Source: a virus
DNA length: 64,000 bases
Direction: 5' to 3' (one strand)
IMG/VR virus record: IMGVR_UViG_3300037484_000374
Coordinates: 1 to 64,000 of that record
Position numbers and translations under genes: made by a program. The notes beneath the pieces are model-generated. The model had not been told where the DNA came from and did no database searches. It saw only the letters and a list, made by a program, of their open reading frames with translations. This document shows positions 56,087 to 64,000 of this stretch, piece by piece (position 1 is the stretch's first letter; every line of letters starts with the position of its first letter).

Positions 56087-56965
56087 ATGAAACTTATATG
56101 GAATAATATAGATAACATATATTTAACAAGAAATAACACCTTTGCGATAAATAAGAAAACAGCATACATATATACATGTGAAGAGTGTGGTGATATATTT
56201 ACAGGAAGAAAAAACACTGTTATATGTAGTAAATGCTCTGTTATAGGTGCTAAAAACCCGTTTTTCGGTAAAAAACACAGTGAAAAAACAAGAAATATAA
56301 TATCAAAAAATAGAAAAGGTAAATGTGTTGGATTAGAACACAAATTTTATGGAAAACATCACTCAAAAAAAACCATAGAAAAAATGAGTGGAAAAAACCA
56401 TAAATTAAGATACGAAAAGGGCGGTTATCCAAATTTTCAGGGTGGTTATTGCACTGATAATATTCCAACATATTTAACATATGCTCATCAATTAAACCCA
56501 TATGGTGTTGATTGTAGACGATCACCCAAAGACAATAACATTCTTGAAGTAAAATGTGATTATTGTGAGGGGTGGTTTATACCTAAGAAAACAGATGTTA
56601 GTAACAGAATACAATCAATTAAAGGTAATTATATCGGTGAGAATAGATTATACTGTTCTGATGATTGTAAACAAAATTGTCCTGTGTTTGGTCAACAAAA
56701 ATCCCGAAAAGGAGAAAAAACATACATATCAAGAAACGATCAAGCGGCACTAAAGGAGTTGGTTTTAGAGAAATATGGTCATGTATGTGAGAAGTGTGGT
56801 GAAGAAGCAAACCTTATCTGTCACCACATAACAGGTGTGGAAATAAACCCAGTTGAAAGTGCAGATATTGATAACTGTGCTGTGTTTTGTGAAAACTGTC
56901 ATAACGGTATACATAAACAGAACGGTTGTGGGTATCATGAAATGATAAAAAAAGAATGTAAGTGA
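56087..56965 (+). CDS. NUMOD3 plus HNH homing endonuclease
   Basis: NPFFGKKHSE and FYGKHHS; CEKCG...HHI...N...CENCH..IH. Confidence 0.85.
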   Translation: MKLIWNNIDNIYLTRNNTFAINKKTAYIYTCEECGDIFTGRKNTVICSKCSVIGAKNPFFGKKHSEKTRNIISKNRKGKCVGLEHKFYGKHHSKKTIEKMSGKNHKLRYEKGGYPNFQGGYCTDNIPTYLTYAHQLNPYGVDCRRSPKDNNILEVKCDYCEGWFIPKKTDVSNRIQSIKGNYIGENRLYCSDDCKQNCPVFGQQKSRKGEKTYISRNDQAALKELVLEKYGHVCEKCGEEANLICHHITGVEINPVESADIDNCAVFCENCHNGIHKQNGCGYHEMIKKECK

Positions 56966-57092
56966 AAATTTTTTATATTTTTTATATAAATAATATAGAG
57001 AACAAGTATACATAGATAATAAAGTTTGAACAAAAAATAAAATTCAAGTCCTGTATAATGAATCTTATATGGGCACAAAAAGGAGAAACATT

Positions 57093-58811
57093 ATGCCATT
57101 TTATTTAAGCCCATTAGTTGATGTCAATGAGATATCATTGGACACAACAATTCAAGGAGTCGCTACATCAATAGGTGTTATAGTTTTAAGAGACACTTAC
57201 AAAGGCCCAGAATTAAAGAAACAGTTGCTAACAAGAGAACTGGAATTAGAAGAAGTTTTTGGTAAAATAACCACCGATAGAGATTGCTATCGTGATATGC
57301 TGAACGCTAAAGGATTCCTGAAATATGGATCATCACTTTATGCTACAAGAGTTTTACCTGTAGCGGCAACGTTTGCTGGAACAAAAGTAACCAGCACAGG
57401 TACAGCATGGGAAGCATTTTCAACACCTCTCACATTGGCTGATCTTGATAGTGCCGATCCAGACAACCTCGGTGACGATGTTACAGCAGATACAGCACTT
57501 TGGGTTATCGCTTCATCAAGAGGAGCATGGGGTAACAATGTAAGAATTGCTACTCTTACAAAAACCTCACAGAATGAAATGGTTTCCGGTGGTAATTCAC
57601 TTTGGGCAACTTATCCAGTATTCGCTGATATCGACTCACCATTAGTAGAAGACACCGATTTCTTGGTAGTTGTTCAAGAGATGCCACAGGGTGGAGCATC
57701 ATGGATAACAAAAGAAGTTCATAATGTATCTACAAAAGAGTTGGCCATCGATGACCAAGGCAATTCCAAATTCGTAGAAAACGTAATCAATCAACAATCT
57801 GCTTACATCAGAGTTGCTATGTCAGCGGCACAGACAGAACAAAACTGGACACTTGATTCAGAATCATGGGTAGCCTTGACAGATGGTGCTTTCACAGCAT
57901 CTACTGTTACAGAAGGAACAATAATGGAAGCTCTTGACCTCTATGCAAATCCAGAAGAAATAGATGTTAATATCCTTATCGATAGTGATAAACCAGTTGC
58001 GGTAAAACAATATATGATTCAGATCGCAGAAAGCAGAAAGGACTGTATGGCAATTCTCGATCCACCAATGGAACTCTGTGTTAATAACAGAGGAAATGAG
58101 GCAACGGACTTGAGAGATTGGCGGCGGGGTCTTGGAGCATTTACATCTGATAACTTGAATGAGAACACTTCATATGCATCTTTATACGGTAACTGGGCTG
58201 AGATATATGAGAAAGACACCAAAAAGTATCGCTGGATTCCATTGTCAGGTAATGTAGCCGGTATGTATGCAAATACCGATGATGTTGCCGAGCCATGGTT
58301 CGCACCTGCCGGTCTTAACAGAGGTGTGCTTACAGGTATCAGAAAACTTGCTTGGAACCCAACACAGGGTCATAGAGATATTCTTTACAAGAATGGTATC
58401 AACCCAATTGTTCCTTTTGCCGGTCAGGGAAAGGTTATTTGGGGTCAGAAAACATTACTCGATAAACCAAGTGGGTTTAATCGAGTTAACGTTAGACGAC
58501 TTTTCATGATTCTTGAGAAAGCGATTGCCACATCTAGTAAATACTTCCTATTTGAGCCTAATGATCCGGTAACCCGTACTCAGCTTGTAAATATGATTGA
58601 GCCTTTCCTTAGAGATGTTCAGTCAAGAAGAGGTATTCGTGCATTTAAGGTTGTCTGTGATGAAAGCAATAATACTTCCGAACGTGAGGCCAGAAATGAG
58701 TTGTGGTGTTCGATCATCATCCAACCAACCCGATCAGCGGAGTTTATTGTACTTAATTTTGTATCAGTAAAAGATGCATCACAGTTTGAGGAAGCATCAC
58801 AGGTAGCATAA
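57093..58811 (+). CDS. gp18: Tail sheath protein
   Basis: LSP.V.V.E, PWFAPAGLNRG, WGQKT, RVNVRRLF, FEPND. Confidence 0.95.
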   Translation: MPFYLSPLVDVNEISLDTTIQGVATSIGVIVLRDTYKGPELKKQLLTRELELEEVFGKITTDRDCYRDMLNAKGFLKYGSSLYATRVLPVAATFAGTKVTSTGTAWEAFSTPLTLADLDSADPDNLGDDVTADTALWVIASSRGAWGNNVRIATLTKTSQNEMVSGGNSLWATYPVFADIDSPLVEDTDFLVVVQEMPQGGASWITKEVHNVSTKELAIDDQGNSKFVENVINQQSAYIRVAMSAAQTEQNWTLDSESWVALTDGAFTASTVTEGTIMEALDLYANPEEIDVNILIDSDKPVAVKQYMIQIAESRKDCMAILDPPMELCVNNRGNEATDLRDWRRGLGAFTSDNLNENTSYASLYGNWAEIYEKDTKKYRWIPLSGNVAGMYANTDDVAEPWFAPAGLNRGVLTGIRKLAWNPTQGHRDILYKNGINPIVPFAGQGKVIWGQKTLLDKPSGFNRVNVRRLFMILEKAIATSSKYFLFEPNDPVTRTQLVNMIEPFLRDVQSRRGIRAFKVVCDESNNTSEREARNELWCSIIIQPTRSAEFIVLNFVSVKDASQFEEASQVA

Positions 58812-58842
58812 ATAAGATTTAAAGTAAAAAGGAGAAATAAAA

Positions 58843-59364
58843 ATGCCAGGAAAAGACAGTTTCAATATCGACAATATGACAAGTAAATATCGTGATTTCG
58901 CACGTTCATACCTGTATTATCTAACAATAGACAATGCACCGGCAGGTTTATGGGATACAAAGAATTATCCTTTTCTTGTAAACTCAACAACCGCACCACA
59001 ATCATCAGTTGGTGAAATAGAAACCAATTGGCAGGGTAACGTCTATAAATTAGGTTCAACTCGTACATTTGAGGATTTCACCGTTACGTTCAAAGTTGAC
59101 ACCAAATCTGATGTTTATAGAAATCTGAGAAAATGGGTTAATTTAGTACATGATCCAGAAACGAATGTTCATGGAAACCCTGCTACATATGCAAATGCTA
59201 TTATATCATTGGAACATCTTGATGGTAATGGTGATCCAATTGCTGTTTATAAATTGCATAAAGCATGGTGTAAAACATGTTCGGGTATCACATTTGATTA
59301 TGGTACAAAAGAAGTTGCCACTTTCGAGGCTACATTTGCATATCAGTATTCAACAGAAGTTTAA
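58843..59364 (+). CDS. gp19: Tail tube protein
   Basis: G...K.G..RTFED.TVTF...W...F.ATF.YQ. Confidence 0.9.
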   Translation: MPGKDSFNIDNMTSKYRDFARSYLYYLTIDNAPAGLWDTKNYPFLVNSTTAPQSSVGEIETNWQGNVYKLGSTRTFEDFTVTFKVDTKSDVYRNLRKWVNLVHDPETNVHGNPATYANAIISLEHLDGNGDPIAVYKLHKAWCKTCSGITFDYGTKEVATFEATFAYQYSTEV

Positions 59365-59400
59365 GTTTAAGATCAAAACATTAAAATGTAAGGAGGAAAA

Positions 59401-60144
59401 ATGTCGATAGATATTAAAAGTCTTATTAATCAATATGATTTTACTTGTGTTCTTCCGAGTACACAAGAAGAGATACGTTTCAGACCGTTAAATACCGGTC
59501 AAATGAAAAAGTTATTAGTTTATGAAAACAATGAAGACCCTTTTGTTATTGAGGATATCATTGATGATATTATCAAAGGGTGTGTTATAACAGAGGGGTT
59601 TGACATTAATAAATTAAAACTTCAAGATCGGTTCAAATTATTACTGGATATTAGGATAAAATCAAAGGGGGTCAGTTACTCGTTTACTTTAAAATGCCCT
59701 GCTTGTAAAGCAAATACCCCACAAACTGTTAAACTTGATAAATTAAAAGAGAAAAAATTTGATAAGGATAACAGTGGATTGGTAATGTTAAATGACAGTA
59801 TATCAATAACACTTTCCCATATAACAAGGGGTATGCAGAAAGAAGCACAGGAACTTGTTAGGAAAATTCCAGAACTAACATATACGCAACAGTTAATGGA
59901 AACAGTTACATATTCTATGGCTTTATCCGTAAAGTCTGTTCTTGCCAATGGCGAAGAAATCAAGGACTCTCCTCTTGATGATATTGTATTTGTTTTGGAT
60001 AATGTACCAGATGAAGAATTTGCAAAGTTGAAAAACTGGTATATAGATAATGATTTTGGAGTGGTGTTCAAGTATAAGCAAGCATGTAGACACTGTGATT
60101 ATGTAAAAGAAATTGATATACCAATATCAAATTTTTTTACATAA
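59401..60144 (+). CDS. gp26: Baseplate hub / tail assembly protein (gp26-like)
   Basis: LPS....FRP...K.LL, IR.KS.G, CPAC...CRHC, ends NFFT. Confidence 0.85.
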   Translation: MSIDIKSLINQYDFTCVLPSTQEEIRFRPLNTGQMKKLLVYENNEDPFVIEDIIDDIIKGCVITEGFDINKLKLQDRFKLLLDIRIKSKGVSYSFTLKCPACKANTPQTVKLDKLKEKKFDKDNSGLVMLNDSISITLSHITRGMQKEAQELVRKIPELTYTQQLMETVTYSMALSVKSVLANGEEIKDSPLDDIVFVLDNVPDEEFAKLKNWYIDNDFGVVFKYKQACRHCDYVKEIDIPISNFFT

Positions 60145-60323
60145 TTCACATACTGTGTTCGGACGCATCTCTGGATAGTATTATTCAGGAACAGTATCAA
60201 TTGGCGAGGGGTTCCAACATATCTATCTTAGATAGTAATAATATGCCAGATTTTGAACGGAAGATGTTACTCGGTATGTTGCTCAGAGATTTGAAAGCTG
60301 AGAAAGAACAATTCGAAAATTAA
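60132..60323 (+). CDS. gp51: gp51-like ORF in the -1 frame of gp26, lacking a clear start
   Basis: ...SLDSIIQEQYQL...S......MPDFER...L; begins at T_TTT_TTT. Confidence 0.65.
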   Translation, partial: FFYIIHILCSDASLDSIIQEQYQLARGSNISILDSNNMPDFERKMLLGMLLRDLKAEKEQFEN

Positions 60324-60362
60324 TTTAATAATAACCCACTTAGTTTACACTAACGGATCATT

Positions 60363-60410
60363 AGGGGTCTAAAGGGCATAAATACTTATGAACCTTTAGA
60401 CCCTTTTTTA
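60363..60410 (+). terminator. Long hairpin with T tract
   Basis: GGGTCTAAAGG..CATAA-loop-TTATG..CCTTTAGACCC TTTTTT. Confidence 0.75.
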
Positions 60411-60422
60411 TTGGTGGAGAGA

Positions 60423-62348
60423 ATGGATAAACAACTATTAAAAGAGATGTTGAAAACAAAAGAAGCTGAATTAGCATCTATTAAAGAGCAAATGGTAGAT
60501 GTTAAAACCCAGCTTGGGTTGCTTCATGGAAAACCAAGTTTTAGACTTGGTGACGATGCTGAACTTATATCTAAAAACAAGGCACTGTTGGTTGGTAGAG
60601 ATGAGAAAAAACTTGAAATAGAGGCATTAAAAGAGCAAATAAAAGGTATTAAATCAAGTAGATCAACTCCAACAAAAAGAACACAAGAAATGACATCACC
60701 GGAAACCCCTGTGGTTAATATGGTACAGGATAATGTTGTAAAAGATGCTATGAGTTTTTTCCATCCACCACCGGAAGCCCCTGTAAATGCAAAAGAATTT
60801 CTTGGAGTACAACCAATTATAATAACCCCAAGATCAGACCTAACACCAACAGGTGACCCAACTAAAACAGTCCTTGGGGATTTTATTGGTTTTATGAAAG
60901 GGTGGTTCAGTGGTGATTTCCTTAGATATTTCGGAGAAGCGATTCAGAAAGGTTTCGACACCGTAAAATCTCATTTTAATGAAGTTCTCGGTGAGTTAAA
61001 TAGTGATATCATAGACCCAATAGTGGATATAACAAGAAGCACATTCACGGGTTTCATGAAAATGTTTGGTATGGATGCAGAAAGACGCAAAGCCATGTGG
61101 GGAAAGATGTTTGAAATGATAACAACCCAAAAGATTCGTGATAAACTTAATGATATGAAAGAAAAGAACCAGATAAGTGGTTTTGGTATACTACTGTTTG
61201 CTGTAGGGGCCATAATAGGTGCTGTTATTGGTCAATTAACCGCTCCATTTAGATTCCTTGGATGGTTAGCCACTAGAGTCCCTATTATTCAAAAGGGTGT
61301 TGATATGTTTGTTAAGGCATTTAAGGGCTCTGGATTCATTGGTAAGATGTTCAAACCTCTTAAAATGTTTATAAACTTCTTTAAAAAATTTGGTGGTATA
61401 CTTGCAAAAGTTCCAGCGTTAAAGATATTTGGGTTAGGTTTTATATCAGGATTCAAGAAAATATTCTGGCCATTACAAGTAATCATGAGTGTTATTGATT
61501 TTGTTAAAGCATATCAATCAACAGAGGGTGACGTAGGAACAAAAGTAATTGCCGGTATAAAAAACGTTGTTATGAAATTCCTTGAAATGCCAGTAAGATT
61601 GCTTGGATGGTTGTTTGAAAAATTCCTTGGATTATTTGGTGTTGAAGTTACCGGTACGGGTGATAAATTAATGGGGTGGTTAGGACAAGCATTTGATATG
61701 TGGATCGGATATATTAAATTCATGTGGAAATGGGTTGTTGAAAAACCAATAGAACTTTTAAAATTTATATTTGAAGGGTTGAAAAGTTTTCTTGATGATT
61801 TTGGTGTTACGGAATGGGTATCCGGTGTCACAAATACAGTAGTTGATTTTTTCACAAACATCATCAACACCATAGGTGATGCATTTAAAGAGTTATGGGG
61901 TGCTATTAAAGATAAAGGTATCCTTGGTTCTATAATGGGTATTTTTTCAAGTAACAAGAAAGAAGAGGCTCATGGGGCCGCTCTTGGTGGATTTGTTAAA
62001 ACTACAGGTCTTGTAAATGTTCATGCCGGTGAAGTGATTGGACCTATTGAAAAAATAATTGACTCACCTTCAAAAATCATAACAAGAACAAAAAATGAGA
62101 TCAACGAGAAGAAAAATGAAATAGAAAAACAAAAAATAATAACCTCTAAAAATTTAGAAAATATAATTAAAGAGTCAAACATAAGAGTTGCTGATGCCAT
62201 AGGACAACAAACAGGTGAACTCGGTAACACAATAAATGCAAATGTAGTTCAACAGAGTCAATCAGGTGGTAGTTCAAAAGAATCAATACCAGATGAAATA
62301 GAGAACTTTGGTATCTTACTTATGAATAAATCATGGGGAATGGGTTAA
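60423..62348 (+). CDS. Tape-measure-like protein
   Basis: Helical F/G/W-periodic middle; GGFV..TG..NVHAGEVI motif; follows gp26/gp51. Confidence 0.75.
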   Translation: MDKQLLKEMLKTKEAELASIKEQMVDVKTQLGLLHGKPSFRLGDDAELISKNKALLVGRDEKKLEIEALKEQIKGIKSSRSTPTKRTQEMTSPETPVVNMVQDNVVKDAMSFFHPPPEAPVNAKEFLGVQPIIITPRSDLTPTGDPTKTVLGDFIGFMKGWFSGDFLRYFGEAIQKGFDTVKSHFNEVLGELNSDIIDPIVDITRSTFTGFMKMFGMDAERRKAMWGKMFEMITTQKIRDKLNDMKEKNQISGFGILLFAVGAIIGAVIGQLTAPFRFLGWLATRVPIIQKGVDMFVKAFKGSGFIGKMFKPLKMFINFFKKFGGILAKVPALKIFGLGFISGFKKIFWPLQVIMSVIDFVKAYQSTEGDVGTKVIAGIKNVVMKFLEMPVRLLGWLFEKFLGLFGVEVTGTGDKLMGWLGQAFDMWIGYIKFMWKWVVEKPIELLKFIFEGLKSFLDDFGVTEWVSGVTNTVVDFFTNIINTIGDAFKELWGAIKDKGILGSIMGIFSSNKKEEAHGAALGGFVKTTGLVNVHAGEVIGPIEKIIDSPSKIITRTKNEINEKKNEIEKQKIITSKNLENIIKESNIRVADAIGQQTGELGNTINANVVQQSQSGGSSKESIPDEIENFGILLMNKSWGMG

Positions 62349-63193
62349 TGAATAATAGATGGCCGAGAATATATCCAGTTGGTGGTGGAGAATCAACATA
62401 TGGTGGCAAAGACACTTTATGGATTGAGTTTGAAATTCTTAGAATTGAACACCAGAATTTTGATGTTCGTGAGAAGGGTGGTATATCTGTTTTTGAAACA
62501 GGTGAGAAGTTTTATTTATTAGCACCAAACGAGTTTGGCTTAAATGTATCACATAGATGGGGTGATGATAAGAATATAGGGGCGAGGCTCTTAGAGAAGG
62601 TTGTTCATTTAAAACATGAAACAAAGGAAATAAAGGCAGTTTATAAATCAATAGATAATTTATTATCAAATTCCGGTGCGACATCCTTAAAAGCTGGGCT
62701 TGCAGGTGCAAAAATACATGATTTTCAGAGAGTAGATGCACCGATGATGTATACTGATTCAGAACACAGAACATATATATTTGATTTTATTTTTGCTGAT
62801 CAGGGAAAAATATATGAGGATGTTTATCAACCTATTGATATGTTACAAAGATATTCCAGTGCTGTTGATATAGACCAGACAATTAAAATAGAACTCCCAC
62901 ATATTTTTAAGATAAGAACAGTTGACGGTAATAATCAAACCAAAAATATTATAAATGTTGATAGAGCCGCTGTAACAAGTATGCAACCGGTGTTTAAGGG
63001 GCCATATAGAGATGGATACCCAACACAGGCAACTCTTTCCATAACCTTTGTTGACTTATCGCCATTGTTTGCGAGTCAGTGGGGGCCAGGAAGGAACAGA
63101 GTAAATGTTACTGAAACAAGTAAAAGGGATTCAAGTAATGCACATGAAACCTTGCCTGTAAGAACAAACGGAGAATATGGGGTTAAGAAATAA
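62348..63193 (+). CDS. Baseplate tail-tube cap (gp48-like)
   Basis: R.Y.FDF.F, P.IF.I, GYP....LSITF. Confidence 0.6.
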   Translation: MNNRWPRIYPVGGGESTYGGKDTLWIEFEILRIEHQNFDVREKGGISVFETGEKFYLLAPNEFGLNVSHRWGDDKNIGARLLEKVVHLKHETKEIKAVYKSIDNLLSNSGATSLKAGLAGAKIHDFQRVDAPMMYTDSEHRTYIFDFIFADQGKIYEDVYQPIDMLQRYSSAVDIDQTIKIELPHIFKIRTVDGNNQTKNIINVDRAAVTSMQPVFKGPYRDGYPTQATLSITFVDLSPLFASQWGPGRNRVNVTETSKRDSSNAHETLPVRTNGEYGVKK

Positions 63194-63573
63194 TGGCGGT
63201 TATAAAAGAAGATAAAACATTTATAGAGCTAACTGGTAGTAGTTTACCTATAACATCAAGACTAAGAATGTTCAACATTCTGAAAGATACCGACGGTACG
63301 AGATTTACCAATATATTCAGGTCTTTCATTGTTGATAATGATATAAAAGATAATGATGATTATTACACCCTACACCTTGCAATCGTTGATGAGTGGTGGG
63401 ATAATGTATCGTTTCGTTATTATGGTGCGCCAGATTTGTGGTGGGTTTTATGTTTGATGAATAATGTTATAAACCCATTTGAAGATATTGAAGAGGGTCA
63501 ACAAATAAAAGTATTAAAAGAACAATATTTGTATATATTATTCAACGACATAGGAAATCTATCTGAATTATAA
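63193..63573 (+). CDS. gp53: Baseplate wedge protein (gp53-like)
   Basis: D.VS..YYG...LWWV...MNN..NPF. Confidence 0.8.
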   Translation: MAVIKEDKTFIELTGSSLPITSRLRMFNILKDTDGTRFTNIFRSFIVDNDIKDNDDYYTLHLAIVDEWWDNVSFRYYGAPDLWWVLCLMNNVINPFEDIEEGQQIKVLKEQYLYILFNDIGNLSEL

Positions 63574-64000
63574 TGACTGATTTTAAAACAGAAAACTCAA
63601 GACTATTTTCCATATCAATAACAACATCTGTTGACACATACCTTATTGACTTGGCTGAATTAAAACAACTCTATTTTATAGAAGACATATATTCTTTTTG
63701 TATGACAGGAAAACTGATATTCAAAGATACTCATGGTATATTCGAATTTGGTCTAATGAACGGTACAGAACAAATCAAAGTATATTATGGAGAAGAATCA
63801 GATAAGGTTCTTGATTTTTACGTATATAAAATAAATGAAATTAGCGGATCATCCAGCAGTAATATGTTTGAAAGAAATATGATAGAGGTTGTATTTGTTG
63901 ATAGATATTTTCATCTACTTCATTCAAAACATCATAGCCTTTCATTTAAGGATGAAAAATATACAGATATAGTTAAACAAATAATGAAAGAGCATTGTGG
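63573..64000 (+). CDS. Baseplate hub protein, 3'-partial
   Basis: EDIYS...TG.L...D..G.......G.E pattern; open to the window edge. Confidence 0.65.
   Translation, partial: MTDFKTENSRLFSISITTSVDTYLIDLAELKQLYFIEDIYSFCMTGKLIFKDTHGIFEFGLMNGTEQIKVYYGEESDKVLDFYVYKINEISGSSSSNMFERNMIEVVFVDRYFHLLHSKHHSLSFKDEKYTDIVKQIMKEHC

Noticed and set aside
1190-62774. Many short antisense or overlapping ORFs in the track (e.g. 1190, 10242, 17548, 31382, 61514)
   Set aside because: Shadows of real genes on the other strand, without RBS or motifs.
1-64000. tRNA, rRNA or structured ncRNA genes
   Set aside because: None recognised in the short intergenic gaps; a covariance-model scan would be needed to exclude them.

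Overview
AT-rich segment of a large T4-like (contractile-tail) bacteriophage genome using the standard genetic code; the host is probably Gram-negative because spanin-like genes are present. Left to right it holds: minus-strand tail-fibre/virion structural genes (1-9.3 kb); a receiver-domain plus actin-like ATPase locus; gp2 and gp4; two clusters of proteins sharing an N-terminal M-x-(F/L)-x-x-(Y/F)-(L/I)-x-E leader resembling the T4 capsid-targeting sequence; a lytic transglycosylase; Mom; gp41 helicase; RtcB; a lysis cassette; UvsW/UvsY; a family B DNA polymerase; clamp and clamp loader; a PgpH-like HD protein; HU; terminase; PIN-PhoH; and neck, tail and baseplate genes. Three replication genes are broken in two. 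gp41 and UvsW each carry a naturally split intein, with opposite charge polarity. The polymerase is split by a nuclease insertion with no intein. Other notable items are a class 3 intein in PhoH, a family of 60-aa zinc-repeat endonucleases (three intact, three eroded), a candidate -1 frameshift fusing gp26 to gp51, and several microhomology or template-switch scars. All family assignments come from motif recognition by eye; no database searches were run.
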